This document shows positions 10,531-20,525 of a DNA stretch of 64,000 bases, piece by piece. This DNA comes from Candidatus Eiseniibacteriota bacterium (GTDB taxonomy: Bacteria > Eisenbacteria > RBG-16-71-46), in assembly GCA_963707915.1 (NCBI GenBank), contig OY970178.1:3520001-3584000 (forward strand), read 5' to 3'. A model generated the notes under the pieces. The model did no database searches. It was not told where the DNA came from and saw nothing but the letters and a program-made list of their open reading frames with translations. A program made the position numbers and the translations under genes. Within the stretch, counting starts at the first letter, position 1. The number at the start of each line of letters is the position of its first letter.

Positions 10531-11056
10531 CCGGCCCTTCGGCGTCCGCGCCGAGACGTGGTCCTACGCGGCTGCGATCCTGATCACGATGTTGCTGGGC
10601 GGATTGTGGCACGGCGCTTCGTGGACGTTCGTAGCGTGGGGCGCGCTGCACGGGCTGGCTCTCGCCGTCCACCGGCTGGTGCGGGACGCCCGCGGGCGAC
10701 GAGCCCAGGGTCGCTACGGGACGGGGGGACGGGTCGTGTCGTGGGCCGCGACCTTCCTGTTCCTGCTGGTGACCTGGGTGCTCTTCCGCGCCCCCGACTT
10801 CACGACCGCCTGGGTGATGCTGCGCCGGATGGCGTTCCTCGACGGTGCCGGCGGCATCCACTGGTTCTACGTCCAGGGACTGGTGGCGCTGGCGGCCGGA
10901 GTGCTGTCACACGTCTGGAGCAGCGGGCACGGGGACCGCGGCCCCACGCTGGATCTGAGGCGACCGCTCGCATGGCCGGTACTCGCCGCCCTGCTGCTGG
11001 CACTGGTCCTGTTCGCGCCCTGGGGGCAGAGTCCCTTCATCTACCTGCAGTTCTAG
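10530..11056 (+). pseudogene. C-terminal fragment of an MBOAT O-acyltransferase (AlgI/PatA-like)
   Basis: ITMLLGGLWHGASWTFVAWGALHG (catalytic His) and terminal SPFIYLQF; N-terminal two-thirds absent. Confidence 0.8.
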
Positions 11057-11154
11057 ACAGCGCAGGGGCCGGAATACCCGGAGACCAGGTGCCGGACCCT
11101 CCGCAACCCGCAGCATCGGCGGCCGGTGCGTTCCGGAGCATGCGCTGGAGGCAT

Positions 11155-12231
11155 TCAGGGGCGGAACTTCGCCGCCAGCCGTCGGCCCAGGTCCTTCGCC
11201 AGCTGCCAGGGTGTCTCGCCGCGGACTTGCGCGGTGCCCAGACGGATCTGCTGCCAGAGCAACGAGTAGAACAGGTCGGACCCGTCGAACAACCGATCCG
11301 GATCCCGAAGCTTCCATGCCAGCAGCTGGCGCAACCAGGCTGGATAGACCGCCTGAAATGCCCCGAGGGATTCCTGCGTGAAGGCCCGCATGATCCGCCA
11401 GGCCTCGTCCCTGGCCTCGGTCGGCAGCTCTTCATGGCAGCGCCGTGTCCCGATGCTCAGCGTCAACAACTGCCAGGCCGATGCCTTCCGCACCTCGGAT
11501 GTGCCCGCGGACCGCTCGGCTGCGATCTGGGCAAGCACGCCCAGGCCCCGATAGCAGGCGGAGAACCGGACCAGGTCCATCCGGCGGTTCTGCGCGGAAT
11601 CGGCCCGATGACACGCGTGGTAGAACGCCTCGTTCACGAACCCCACTCGCCTCGCTGAACCCAATGCCCGATGCAGGAAGACGCTGTCCTCGTAGTTGCT
11701 GAGGTCCTCCCGGAACCGCAGCGTGCCGAAGCGTTCCCGCGAGAAGAGCTTCGTGCAACAGCTCAACCCGGCCCTCAGATACGCTCTCGCGGCTCCCGCA
11801 TCATCCGTCATGTCCCAGACGCCCGCGAACGACGGAATCGGCATCGCCGTCACGGTCCCCTCCCCGCTGAAGGCGAGCCGGCTCCCGACCAGGTCGCAGC
11901 GGCTTCCTTCGGCCAAGGCATGCAACCGGGCGTACATTTCGGGCTCCACCCAGTCATCCGCGTCGACGAATCCGATCCAGCGGCCGCAGGCCATGTCCAG
12001 GCCCCGGTTGCGCGCCGCCGACACTCCGCCGTGGTCGGGGTTGCTCAGCACGCGGATACGCGAGTCAGTCGGGGCGAGCGACGTCAGGACGGGCAGGCTG
12101 GCATCTTCCTCTCCATCCACGACGAAAAGGAATTCGATGTCGGCAAGAGTCTGGCGCAACAGGGAGTCCACGCACTCCCGCAGCATCTCAGCGGGCACCC
12201 GATACACCGGAACAACAACGGACACAATCAT
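11155..12231 (-). CDS. GT2 glycosyltransferase
   Basis: VSVVVPVY, GVSAARNRGL, GFVDADDW (DxD), NYED. Confidence 0.9.
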   Translation of the reverse strand: MIVSVVVPVYRVPAEMLRECVDSLLRQTLADIEFLFVVDGEEDASLPVLTSLAPTDSRIRVLSNPDHGGVSAARNRGLDMACGRWIGFVDADDWVEPEMYARLHALAEGSRCDLVGSRLAFSGEGTVTAMPIPSFAGVWDMTDDAGAARAYLRAGLSCCTKLFSRERFGTLRFREDLSNYEDSVFLHRALGSARRVGFVNEAFYHACHRADSAQNRRMDLVRFSACYRGLGVLAQIAAERSAGTSEVRKASAWQLLTLSIGTRRCHEELPTEARDEAWRIMRAFTQESLGAFQAVYPAWLRQLLAWKLRDPDRLFDGSDLFYSLLWQQIRLGTAQVRGETPWQLAKDLGRRLAAKFRP

Positions 12232-12498
12232 GTCGTGCGCCCCACTTCGACGTGCCCGGCCCATCCCGCGGGTGTGCGGGCAGGCGAGAACGATGGCTTC
12301 TCTCGACCTTCCAGGAAGTCCCTGGATGGGTGGACGGGGTGTGGTGCCCGGGTTCTTCCGTGTCCCTTCCCCCCGCGAAGAGGGAGAAGGCAGAGGGATG
12401 AACCGGGGGCCGGGTGATTGTGTCGCGACTCATCTCGGGTTGCAAGGGTCTGCGGTGGTGGAGGTGGAGTTCGTGCCGTGTCTCCTGCGCGCGTGCCA

Positions 12499-12528
12499 TT
12501 GAGCGCGGGTCGGAAGCGATGCTAAGCT
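12499..12528 (+). promoter_or_regulatory. Putative promoter for the AsnB-like gene
   Basis: TTGAGC-N18-TAAGCT with TGn extension; GGAG RBS before ATG 12598. Confidence 0.5.
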
Positions 12529-12597
12529 CGAAATGGGGACCGCCGTTCCCCGTCGCTCCACCTCCGTTTCCAGGACTTCAGCGCAAGGAGACATCGA

Positions 12598-14424
12598 ATG
12601 CCGGGGCTGAAGATCGTCGTTGGACCACCGCCCTCGAGCCTCCCGCTGGCCGAAGCCGAGTGGCTCACCCCGGAAGCAGAGTGCTCGCGCGAGCAGGTCT
12701 ACTCGGGGCCGCGCACCGAAGTCACCTTCGCCGCTCCGGCCCAGTACCCGCGCCTGTCCTCGTCGAGCCCCGACTTCTACTTGTTCGTCGAAGGGTTGGT
12801 CTACGACCGGACCGATGACGAACTGGTGAAATTCGCCGCTGAGCTCGCCGGAGCGGCCCTCGCCGGCCGGCCGATCGAGGAACCGGTCCACCGTTTCATG
12901 GCCGAAACGGATGGCGAGTACCTGTTCCTGCTCGTCCTCAAGGCGAGCGGGCGGGTGATCGCCTTCAACGATCCCTGGGGCCGTCTGCCGCTCTACACCG
13001 CCCAGACACCTGCTGCGTTCCTGCTCGGGAGGGAGCCGCAGGACCTGCTCGTCCACCTGCCCGAGATCCGCTTCGACCGCCGCGCCATCGCCGAATGGCT
13101 GGCTTTCGAGTACACCCTGAATCCGCAGTGGTTCGTGGAGGGCATCACCCAGGTCCAGCCCGCGACCCTCTTCGACGTCACCACGGGCGACGGCGCCGTG
13201 CACGCCGCCCGCACGGTCCTCGTCGCCCAGGATTTCAGTGTGACCGCGCCGCTTCGCGACCGCGCCGAAGCCGTCCGCCGCTACTCGGCTCGCTACCTCG
13301 AGGCCTACGCCGCACGCGTCGCCAGGCTTGTCGGGCAGGGCTTCCGGCTCACCGCCGACCTGAGCGGGGGTTTCGACACGCGCGCGGTCTTCGCCGGGGC
13401 GCGCCGGCTGAACGCGCCGGTCGAGTTCTACACGGACGAGTTGGTCACCGGCGACGAGGGCGCCGTCGCCGTGCGCCTGGCCGAGGCCGGCGGGACGAGC
13501 GTGGTCCGGGTGCGCAGCGGCGAGTTCGTGCGTGACGGTGCCGAGTGGCGTCGCGCCACGTTCCTGACCGGCGGTCGCGTGAACTGCAACACCATGATGG
13601 GGGCCCTGCTGCTCTCGCGGAGTCGCAAGGCGATCCTCCCGGGCCGGGCGGCCCGGTTCATGGGTTTCGGCGGAGAGTTGGTGCGTCGGCCGTATGTGCA
13701 GCCCTATCGCTACCGGAGCTTCGCCGAGGCTCTCGCCGATGATGTGTACACGCGCTACATCCATGTCGAGGACGGATGCCGGTTGCTCGGTATCGAGGCC
13801 GCGGGGTTCCAGCGGCACATGGCCGGCGCGGTGGAGAGCTGGAACGAGCGCAACGACGCGGACCGCGCCCGGCGGCTCTACTTCGTGTTCCACCACGGGC
13901 TGGTCAACGCCGGAGAGGACCGCGCGCGCTGGCATTTCTGGACCGTGACCCCGCTGTGGGCCCGTCCCGTGGTGGACTTCGCCTACCGGCAACTCGAAGC
14001 GGAGGCGGTCGGCTACCCCTACTTCGTCGAGATCCTGCGGAGCATCTACCCGCAGGCGCTCGGAGTCCCGCTGCATGGCAACCCCACGAAGCTGACTTCC
14101 CGCTTCGAGGTCTGGCGTTATGCCGCCAGGGCGGAACTGCTGGCGAGGCTGCACAATCTTCGCGAGTATCGCCGTCTGCGCCGCGTGCTCTCACCTCGCG
14201 AACGCTGGGCCACCCTGGCGACCGCGAAGCAGTTCGCCTGGTTCCGTGAGCAGTTCGAGGCCGCGTTTCGCGAGAGCGAGGCCGTGCGGGCCGTGTTCGA
14301 CGAGACTGCAGTCACGGCGTTCGTGCAGCCTGCGCAAGCGACCCAGCGCCTCCACCAACTGCTGACGTCCGTCTACTTCGTGGCCGAGGTCGGCAGACGA
14401 TTCCTCACGGTGCGCACGAACTAG
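12598..14424 (+). CDS. Asparagine synthetase-like ATP-dependent amide ligase
   Basis: Ntn-like N-domain (DGEY, NDPWGRLPLY) and PP-loop DLSGGFDTR, GFGGE; N-terminus MPG rather than MCG. Confidence 0.75.
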   Translation: MPGLKIVVGPPPSSLPLAEAEWLTPEAECSREQVYSGPRTEVTFAAPAQYPRLSSSSPDFYLFVEGLVYDRTDDELVKFAAELAGAALAGRPIEEPVHRFMAETDGEYLFLLVLKASGRVIAFNDPWGRLPLYTAQTPAAFLLGREPQDLLVHLPEIRFDRRAIAEWLAFEYTLNPQWFVEGITQVQPATLFDVTTGDGAVHAARTVLVAQDFSVTAPLRDRAEAVRRYSARYLEAYAARVARLVGQGFRLTADLSGGFDTRAVFAGARRLNAPVEFYTDELVTGDEGAVAVRLAEAGGTSVVRVRSGEFVRDGAEWRRATFLTGGRVNCNTMMGALLLSRSRKAILPGRAARFMGFGGELVRRPYVQPYRYRSFAEALADDVYTRYIHVEDGCRLLGIEAAGFQRHMAGAVESWNERNDADRARRLYFVFHHGLVNAGEDRARWHFWTVTPLWARPVVDFAYRQLEAEAVGYPYFVEILRSIYPQALGVPLHGNPTKLTSRFEVWRYAARAELLARLHNLREYRRLRRVLSPRERWATLATAKQFAWFREQFEAAFRESEAVRAVFDETAVTAFVQPAQATQRLHQLLTSVYFVAEVGRRFLTVRTN

Positions 14425-15656
14425 CCGTCCGGCGAAGGCGGCCCCGGGCCTCGGCGGGAGAGCTCCGCGTAGATCCGCGCCACTTTCTCGGCGATGATCG
14501 TCCAGGAGTACTGGCGCGCCCGTTCTCGCAGGACGGCCGCGTCCCAGGTGCGGCTGAGGGCTGCGTCGAGCGCAGTGGCGAGTGCCGCTGCGTCCCCGGC
14601 CGGGACCAGCAGTCCGTGCCGGCCTTCTTCCACGATCTCCCGGGTGCCCCCGACCGAGGAACTCACCAGGGGACGGCCCGCGGCCAGTGCCTCCAGAGCG
14701 GCAAGTGGCATGCCCTCGTTGATGCTGGGGAGTGCCACCACGTCGGCGGCGGCGAGGAGGTCGGGCACCCGATCGTAGGCGACCCGTCCGCAGAGGACGA
14801 CGTGTCCTGCGAGGCCGGACGATCGGACTTGCTCCTCGAGTTCCGACCGGAGCGGGCCCTCGCCGGCGATCACCAGCTTGACGTCCTGATGCCGTTCGCG
14901 AACCGCGCGGAAGGCATCGATCAGTACCCGGTGCCCCTTCACGGCCACGAGATTGCCGACGCTCACGATCATCCGGCCGGTGGCCGGCAAGCCCAGTGCG
15001 CGCCGGCCCGCCTCCCGATCGCCCGCCTCGAAGGACTTCACGTCCACACCGTTCGGGACATAGCGCAGGCGTTCCCCGCTCACGCCGAGGTCCCGCGCGA
15101 TGTCGAAGAGATCGCGCGAGACCGCGATCACGCGGTCGGCCCGGCGGAGCGCCCAGCGGCACCAGAACCGGATCCTCCACGGTCCCCGGATGGCCTCGGT
15201 GTGGAGATCCGAGCCGTGTGCGGTGATCACCACGGGCAGGCCGCTGGCTCGGGCCACGAGGACCGCGGCGAGTCCCATCGGGTAGAGACGGTGTCCATGC
15301 ACCACACGGGCGTCGCGCGCGTGCCGCAGCCGGATCCACAGGCCGATCAGGAACAACTGGAGCGGCTCCGTGAGCGCGAACAGCAGCGGAACGTGGAGGT
15401 ACCGTGGCCGCAGCACCCGCAGTCCCGGGGTCGTCCGGTCGTCCCGCCGGTCGGCGGCGTTCTGCGCGGCGATGCGCCGATCGCTGGCGTAGCGGGGCAG
15501 AGGCGGCAGCAGGATCTCGGGGGACACCACGGTCACGCGCCAGAGTTGCGCCAGGAAGCGCACCTGCTGGGATACCGAGAGGCGCAGCCCCCCCGTCAGT
15601 CGATCGGGGGGAAGGAAGCCCTGAGTGAAGAGCAGCACATGTGGGGTGCGGTCCAT
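14421..15656 (-). CDS. GT4 glycosyltransferase
   Basis: VITAHGSD, VPNGVD, VGNLVAVKG, PSINEGMPLAALEALAAG. Confidence 0.9.
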   Translation of the reverse strand: MDRTPHVLLFTQGFLPPDRLTGGLRLSVSQQVRFLAQLWRVTVVSPEILLPPLPRYASDRRIAAQNAADRRDDRTTPGLRVLRPRYLHVPLLFALTEPLQLFLIGLWIRLRHARDARVVHGHRLYPMGLAAVLVARASGLPVVITAHGSDLHTEAIRGPWRIRFWCRWALRRADRVIAVSRDLFDIARDLGVSGERLRYVPNGVDVKSFEAGDREAGRRALGLPATGRMIVSVGNLVAVKGHRVLIDAFRAVRERHQDVKLVIAGEGPLRSELEEQVRSSGLAGHVVLCGRVAYDRVPDLLAAADVVALPSINEGMPLAALEALAAGRPLVSSSVGGTREIVEEGRHGLLVPAGDAAALATALDAALSRTWDAAVLRERARQYSWTIIAEKVARIYAELSRRGPGPPSPDG

Positions 15657-15991
15657 GGAGGCGCGCTCCCGGTGAAAGCCGTGCCGCATACGGCACCAAG
15701 GCGAGAAGGCAAGCACAGCCATAGCCCGGCAGCGCAGCCCTGTCAAGGTCACGGGGGCTGGAATCACTCGCGCCCGCCCATCCTTCACGACCGGTACGCA
15801 GAGCGGATCGCGCGCGAAAGGCCACCGGGCCCCCCGACCTCCACGGCGGGCCCGCGCGGCGGCCGGGGGGATCTCATGTGCTACTATCGCGCACGCGAAT
15901 TCGTCGCCTCCCTCGGGGTTCGAGCGCCCGCTTCCCCCTGTCACCCGAGGGGGCCTGATTGCCCGTCCTCCATCGTGAGTGCCCATCGCCA

Positions 15992-17548
15992 ATGAGCCCG
16001 CCTTCCGACCCCGACGTGCCCCCCGCGACCCCGCTTCCGTCCGGAGCCGGCAAGGGCCACGCACCGCGGATCCTCCACAACACGGGCATGCTGGCCATCT
16101 CGGGACTCTTCGTGCGCGGCATGGGGATGGTGATGATGGTGATCCTCGCCCGCAGCCTGGGGGCGGAGGGCTACGGCACCTACCAGCGCGCGGAATCATT
16201 CGTCTACATGTTCAGCATCCTGGGGAGTTTCGGACTGGACATGATCCTCACCCGCGAGGTCGCCCGCCGTGGTGCCCGGGCTCCCGAGTACCTGACGGGG
16301 GTCCTGACCCTCAAGCTGCTGCTGGGTCCCCTGTGCTTCGCGCTCATCCTCGGCCTCGCGCATGCGCGAGGCTACCAGGGGGCATTCCTCTGGGGCATCT
16401 GGTGCTACAGCTTCGTCCTGCTCCTGACCACGGCCTCGCAAACCTGCGATGCGTATTTCCAGGGGCTCGACGAGATGGGCTACATCGCGATCACGAACAT
16501 CGCCACCCAGCTGGCGTTCGTGATCCTGGGAGGTGCCTGCGTCTGGCTCGGCAAAGACCTGCGCTGGATCCTCTCGGCCCTCGTCGCGGCGGCGATCGTT
16601 CGGCTGATCGTCTCCGCCTACATCATGACGCGCCTGGGGTTCCGGCTCGCGAAACCCCGGCCGGGCACCCTCCTCTTTCTGCTCAAGCAGTCCGTCCCCA
16701 TCGCGTTCGCGGCCAGCTTCGTCATCGTGTACCAGCAACTGGACGCCGTGCTGCTGGGCGAGCTCAAGGGCAATACCCAGGTCGGCTGGTACAAGGCCAG
16801 CGCCAAGCTCCTCCTCTTGTTTTCGGTCCTGCGCGAAAGCTTCCTGGTCGCGATCTATCCCGTGTTCGCCTCGGTCGCGCAGCGCGACCGCGAGCACATG
16901 GGCAACCTGGTGACCCGCGCGGTGCGCTACCAGCTGATCGTCGCGCTCTACTTCATCATCTGCTTCGTCATCCTCCCACGGGTGGCCCCGGCGCTGCTCG
17001 GGGACGAGTTCGTGAAGACCGCCGCGATCCTCCCCATCATGGCGTTGACGCTCGTGCCGCAGACGATCAGCATCACCATGGGACGCGTGCTGGTCGCCTC
17101 GGGCAACCAGAATCGCATCATGGCTGCGACCGGGCTCGCGCTGGTCGTGAACGTGGCGCTCAACCTGTTCCTCATCCCCCGATTCGGCTACATGGGGGCG
17201 GCCGCCGCCGGCATGACCAGTGAACTGGCGGTGGCGGGCATGAACGTGTTCTACGTGCATCGCTATGTGGCCCGCACCCGGATCGTGCGGGCGATCATGC
17301 GGCCGGTCATCGCGGCCGCGCTGGTCGGCGTGACGATCCACCTGCTGCCAGGGCTGCGCCTCTATCAGGCGATACCGCTGGCGGGGGTCCTCTACGTTGG
17401 TGGTCTCCTTGCCCTGCGCACCTTCTCTGCGGCGGAGTTGAGCCAGATCCGGGCCGCTCTCCGTGCGGGGTGGGTTCGGTTGTGGAAGAGCGGTGGAGGG
17501 ACGGGTGGCAATATCGACTCCGGCCTGTCCGCGGGTGCCGAGGGGTGA
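15992..17548 (+). CDS. Wzx flippase / polysaccharide biosynthesis protein
   Basis: ARSLGAEGYG, FGLDMILTREVAR, DAVLLG..VGWY, LIPRFGYMGAA; about 14 TM. Confidence 0.88.
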   Translation: MSPPSDPDVPPATPLPSGAGKGHAPRILHNTGMLAISGLFVRGMGMVMMVILARSLGAEGYGTYQRAESFVYMFSILGSFGLDMILTREVARRGARAPEYLTGVLTLKLLLGPLCFALILGLAHARGYQGAFLWGIWCYSFVLLLTTASQTCDAYFQGLDEMGYIAITNIATQLAFVILGGACVWLGKDLRWILSALVAAAIVRLIVSAYIMTRLGFRLAKPRPGTLLFLLKQSVPIAFAASFVIVYQQLDAVLLGELKGNTQVGWYKASAKLLLLFSVLRESFLVAIYPVFASVAQRDREHMGNLVTRAVRYQLIVALYFIICFVILPRVAPALLGDEFVKTAAILPIMALTLVPQTISITMGRVLVASGNQNRIMAATGLALVVNVALNLFLIPRFGYMGAAAAGMTSELAVAGMNVFYVHRYVARTRIVRAIMRPVIAAALVGVTIHLLPGLRLYQAIPLAGVLYVGGLLALRTFSAAELSQIRAALRAGWVRLWKSGGGTGGNIDSGLSAGAEG

Positions 17549-17626
17549 AGCGCGAGTCTCGGCACGCGGACTGCCACGAGCCCCTGCCTGCGGTTTCGCG
17601 GGCAGGTCACGGAGATCCTGATTTCG

Positions 17627-19180
17627 ATGAATCCGCTTCCCGTTGATTCCATCCCTCTCCGCCTCCCGCACTACCGGCTGCGGGATGGCGGGTTGTACTT
17701 CCTCATCTCCCGGCGGCCCCTGGCCGTGCTCGATGCTTGCGAACACGAGGTGTGGGAGTCGTTGGATGGCTCGGTCCGCGTGCGGGACGTGGCCGACCGC
17801 TTCCCTGCCGGGGTCGGCGAGGCCGCGCTTCGCCGCTTCGTGGAGCTCGGGGTCTGTATGCTGGTCGCGGCGAGCTTCCCCGAGGGACGCCGGCGGATCG
17901 TAGTCATCGAGCCCCACATGGACGACGGCGCGCTGAGCCTGGGCGGGACGATGTGGAGCCGCCGCTCGCAGTGCGAGTTCACCATCGTCACGCTCGCGGG
18001 TCGCAACAACTTCACCAGCTACTACTACCTCGAGCGCGACTACTTCGATGTGGACGAGGTGTCGGCGCTGCGCCGGTCCGAGAGCGCACTGGTGGCGCGC
18101 GCCATCGGCGGACACCACGTGGCGCTCGATCTGCCCGAGGCGCCGCTGCGCTACCGCGCCGGGAACTGGACCGTGGACTGGTACCGGCGGCACCGTGCTT
18201 CGGTGTCGGCCTTCATCAGCCACACTTCGGGATCCGAGGAGCTGCGCGCGTGGACCGATGCGCTCCGGCAGGCGCTGCGCGGGTTGCCGGCCGACGAGGT
18301 GTGGATGCCCATCGGCGTGGGCCCGCACACCGATCACGAGCTCACCCGGAACGCCTGCCTGACGCTCCTGGCGGAGGATCCGGAGCTGCTCTCGCGGTGC
18401 ACGGTGCGTCTCTACCAGGAAGTGCCCTACGCCGCGCGGTTCCCGCGGTTCACAGCCGCGATCGTCGAGGAGTTGACGCGCGCTGGCGCCAGACTCGAAC
18501 TCGAGAGGGTCCCCGTCACGGAGGTGTTCGCCGACAAGCTGCGGCTCATCTCGTACTTCGGCTCCCAGTTCAAGCTCGAGGTCCTGCGGCCGGACATCGA
18601 GGCCTCGGCCCGGACGGCCGCCGGCGACGGGGGCGGGATGGCGGAGATCCTCTACCGCGTCGCGGCACCGCCGAAGCGTCTGGACCTCCGGGCCCTCTTC
18701 GTGGGGGCGCCGGAGGTGCGGCGGCTGGCGGAGGAACTCGGGCCCTGGATCGAGCGGCACCGGCACACCCGTCGGATCCGCGTGTTCATCCGCCCGCCTG
18801 CGGGCCGCTGGGTGGAGGACATGCAGCTGCTGCTGGACGTCTTCCCGGCGGCCCGCTTCGTGGTTCGGGCCTCCAAGGCAGCGCTGGCGGAGGCGACGGA
18901 GGTCCGCTCCCCGCGAATCGAGGTCAGCCCGATCGATCAGGGCGTCAGGGCGTGGGTGCTGGGTGTGTTGGGCGCCAACCTGCAGGGGCCCGCACCCACC
19001 CTGATGATCACGTTCGCGGACCGCACACGCGAGGGGCGCCGCCTGGGCAGGCTACTTCCACTGAGTGACACCCTGGTCGTGCCCAGCATGAACCACCTCG
19101 CGCTCGCGCTGCGTCTCCTGGCGGACGCCGGCGACGGGCGACGGGCGTCGGAAGCCCCGAAGGGATCCGCCGGATCCTGA
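17627..19180 (+). CDS. PIG-L family deacetylase with N- and C-terminal extra domains
   Basis: IEPHMDDGALSLGG and HTDH metal-binding motifs, R.SE, YQEVPY, KLRLISYFGSQ. Confidence 0.75.
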   Translation: MNPLPVDSIPLRLPHYRLRDGGLYFLISRRPLAVLDACEHEVWESLDGSVRVRDVADRFPAGVGEAALRRFVELGVCMLVAASFPEGRRRIVVIEPHMDDGALSLGGTMWSRRSQCEFTIVTLAGRNNFTSYYYLERDYFDVDEVSALRRSESALVARAIGGHHVALDLPEAPLRYRAGNWTVDWYRRHRASVSAFISHTSGSEELRAWTDALRQALRGLPADEVWMPIGVGPHTDHELTRNACLTLLAEDPELLSRCTVRLYQEVPYAARFPRFTAAIVEELTRAGARLELERVPVTEVFADKLRLISYFGSQFKLEVLRPDIEASARTAAGDGGGMAEILYRVAAPPKRLDLRALFVGAPEVRRLAEELGPWIERHRHTRRIRVFIRPPAGRWVEDMQLLLDVFPAARFVVRASKAALAEATEVRSPRIEVSPIDQGVRAWVLGVLGANLQGPAPTLMITFADRTREGRRLGRLLPLSDTLVVPSMNHLALALRLLADAGDGRRASEAPKGSAGS

Positions 19181-19577
19181 GGAGGGGCGCCGAGGGGGCG
19201 TGCCGCCGCGGCGCTTTGCGTGTCCTGCGAGTCGTTGCCACGACTGCGGATGCGGCAATCCAGGGCCCGCCATGCTAGAGTCATCCGACGCCCAGGCGGG
19301 ACCGGACGCTCGTTGTCGCGTGATCGCCTGGACGGGGAACGGGCTTCATGTGCTTCGGACCGGGGTTCGAGGCGCGAAGCCGCGGGGGGTCGGATCTCGA
19401 ATCTCTTCCAAGGCTGGCGCGGAAACGTGGACAACTTCTCGGCAGCTGCCGTCAACACCACGCCCCAGGCTGATGATCAGGCCGCTCACGGCCGACTTCC
19501 CGAAGCATGACCGGAAGCCCTACCGTGCGATCGCCTGGCCGGGGATCCGGCCACCTCATCCACCACGGGGACTGCTC

Positions 19578-20525
19578 ATGAAAGCGCTGGTCACCGGCGG
19601 GGCCGGATTCATCGGCTCCAACATCGTGAATGCCCTGCTCGAGCTCGGCCACGAGCCGGTCGTGCTGGACGACCTGTCCAGCGGCTACCGGGAGAACCTC
19701 GTCGCCGGGGTTCGGTTCGTGGAGGGGGACGTTCGCGACCTCGACTCCGTCGCGCGGGCGATGGCGGGATGCGGGGTGGTCTTCCACCTGGCGGCCAGCG
19801 TCGGCAACGTGCGCTCCATCGAACATCCGCAGATCGATTCGGCCATCAACGTGCTGGGCACCCTCAACGTGCTCGAGACCGCCCGGGCCGGCCGGATCGA
19901 CCGGGTGGTGTTCTCGTCCTCGGCGGGCATCTTCGGGGAATTGAAGACGCTGCCGATCCGCGAAGACCACCCCCAGGACCCCGATTCGCCGTACGGCACC
20001 AGCAAGCTGGCCGCCGAGAAGATGTGCCTCGTCTACAACAAGCTGTACGGGATGCACAACGTCTGCCTGCGCTACTTCAACGTGTACGGGCCGCATCAGC
20101 GCTTCGACGCTTACGGGAACGTCATCCCGATCTTCGCCGATCGGATCCTGAAGCGGGAGCCCATGACCATCTTCGGGGACGGAGAGCAGACCCGCGACTT
20201 CGTCAACGTGCGCGACGTCGCGGCCGCCAACGTCCAGGCGGGGCTGGCGCAGGGCGTGTCCGGCGTGTTCAACATCGGCAGCGCCACCCGCATCACGATC
20301 AACGAACTGGCGCGGGTCATGCACGAGATCGCCTCGGTCCCGGGCGCCCTTCGGTATGCTCCGCCCCGGATGGGCGACGTGCGCGACAGCCTGGCGGACA
20401 TCGAGGCGGCCCGGTCAGCCTTCGGCTTCGACCCGGCCACGCCGATGGTCCAGGGCCTCGCGGAGTACTGGGCGTGGTTCAGCCGCGATGGGTTGACCTT
20501 GAAGCGTCTGGGGCTCGCGACATGA
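19578..20525 (+). CDS. NAD-dependent epimerase/dehydratase (UDP-Glc/GlcNAc 4-epimerase-like)
   Basis: VTGGAGFIGS, YGTSK, LRYFNVYGP, GDGEQTRDF. Confidence 0.92.
   Translation: MKALVTGGAGFIGSNIVNALLELGHEPVVLDDLSSGYRENLVAGVRFVEGDVRDLDSVARAMAGCGVVFHLAASVGNVRSIEHPQIDSAINVLGTLNVLETARAGRIDRVVFSSSAGIFGELKTLPIREDHPQDPDSPYGTSKLAAEKMCLVYNKLYGMHNVCLRYFNVYGPHQRFDAYGNVIPIFADRILKREPMTIFGDGEQTRDFVNVRDVAAANVQAGLAQGVSGVFNIGSATRITINELARVMHEIASVPGALRYAPPRMGDVRDSLADIEAARSAFGFDPATPMVQGLAEYWAWFSRDGLTLKRLGLAT

Noticed and set aside
12232..19180. Lasso peptide cluster (AsnB-like cyclase plus RRE)
   Set aside because: No precursor with a Thr(-2)/Gly1/Asp-Glu7-9 pattern and no B2 transglutaminase-like peptidase seen; the context is polysaccharide
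19195..19245. c-di-GMP-I riboswitch-like words on the minus strand (GGCAA...ACGCAAAGC)
   Set aside because: No GNRA-capped stem or receptor, and no downstream gene on that strand
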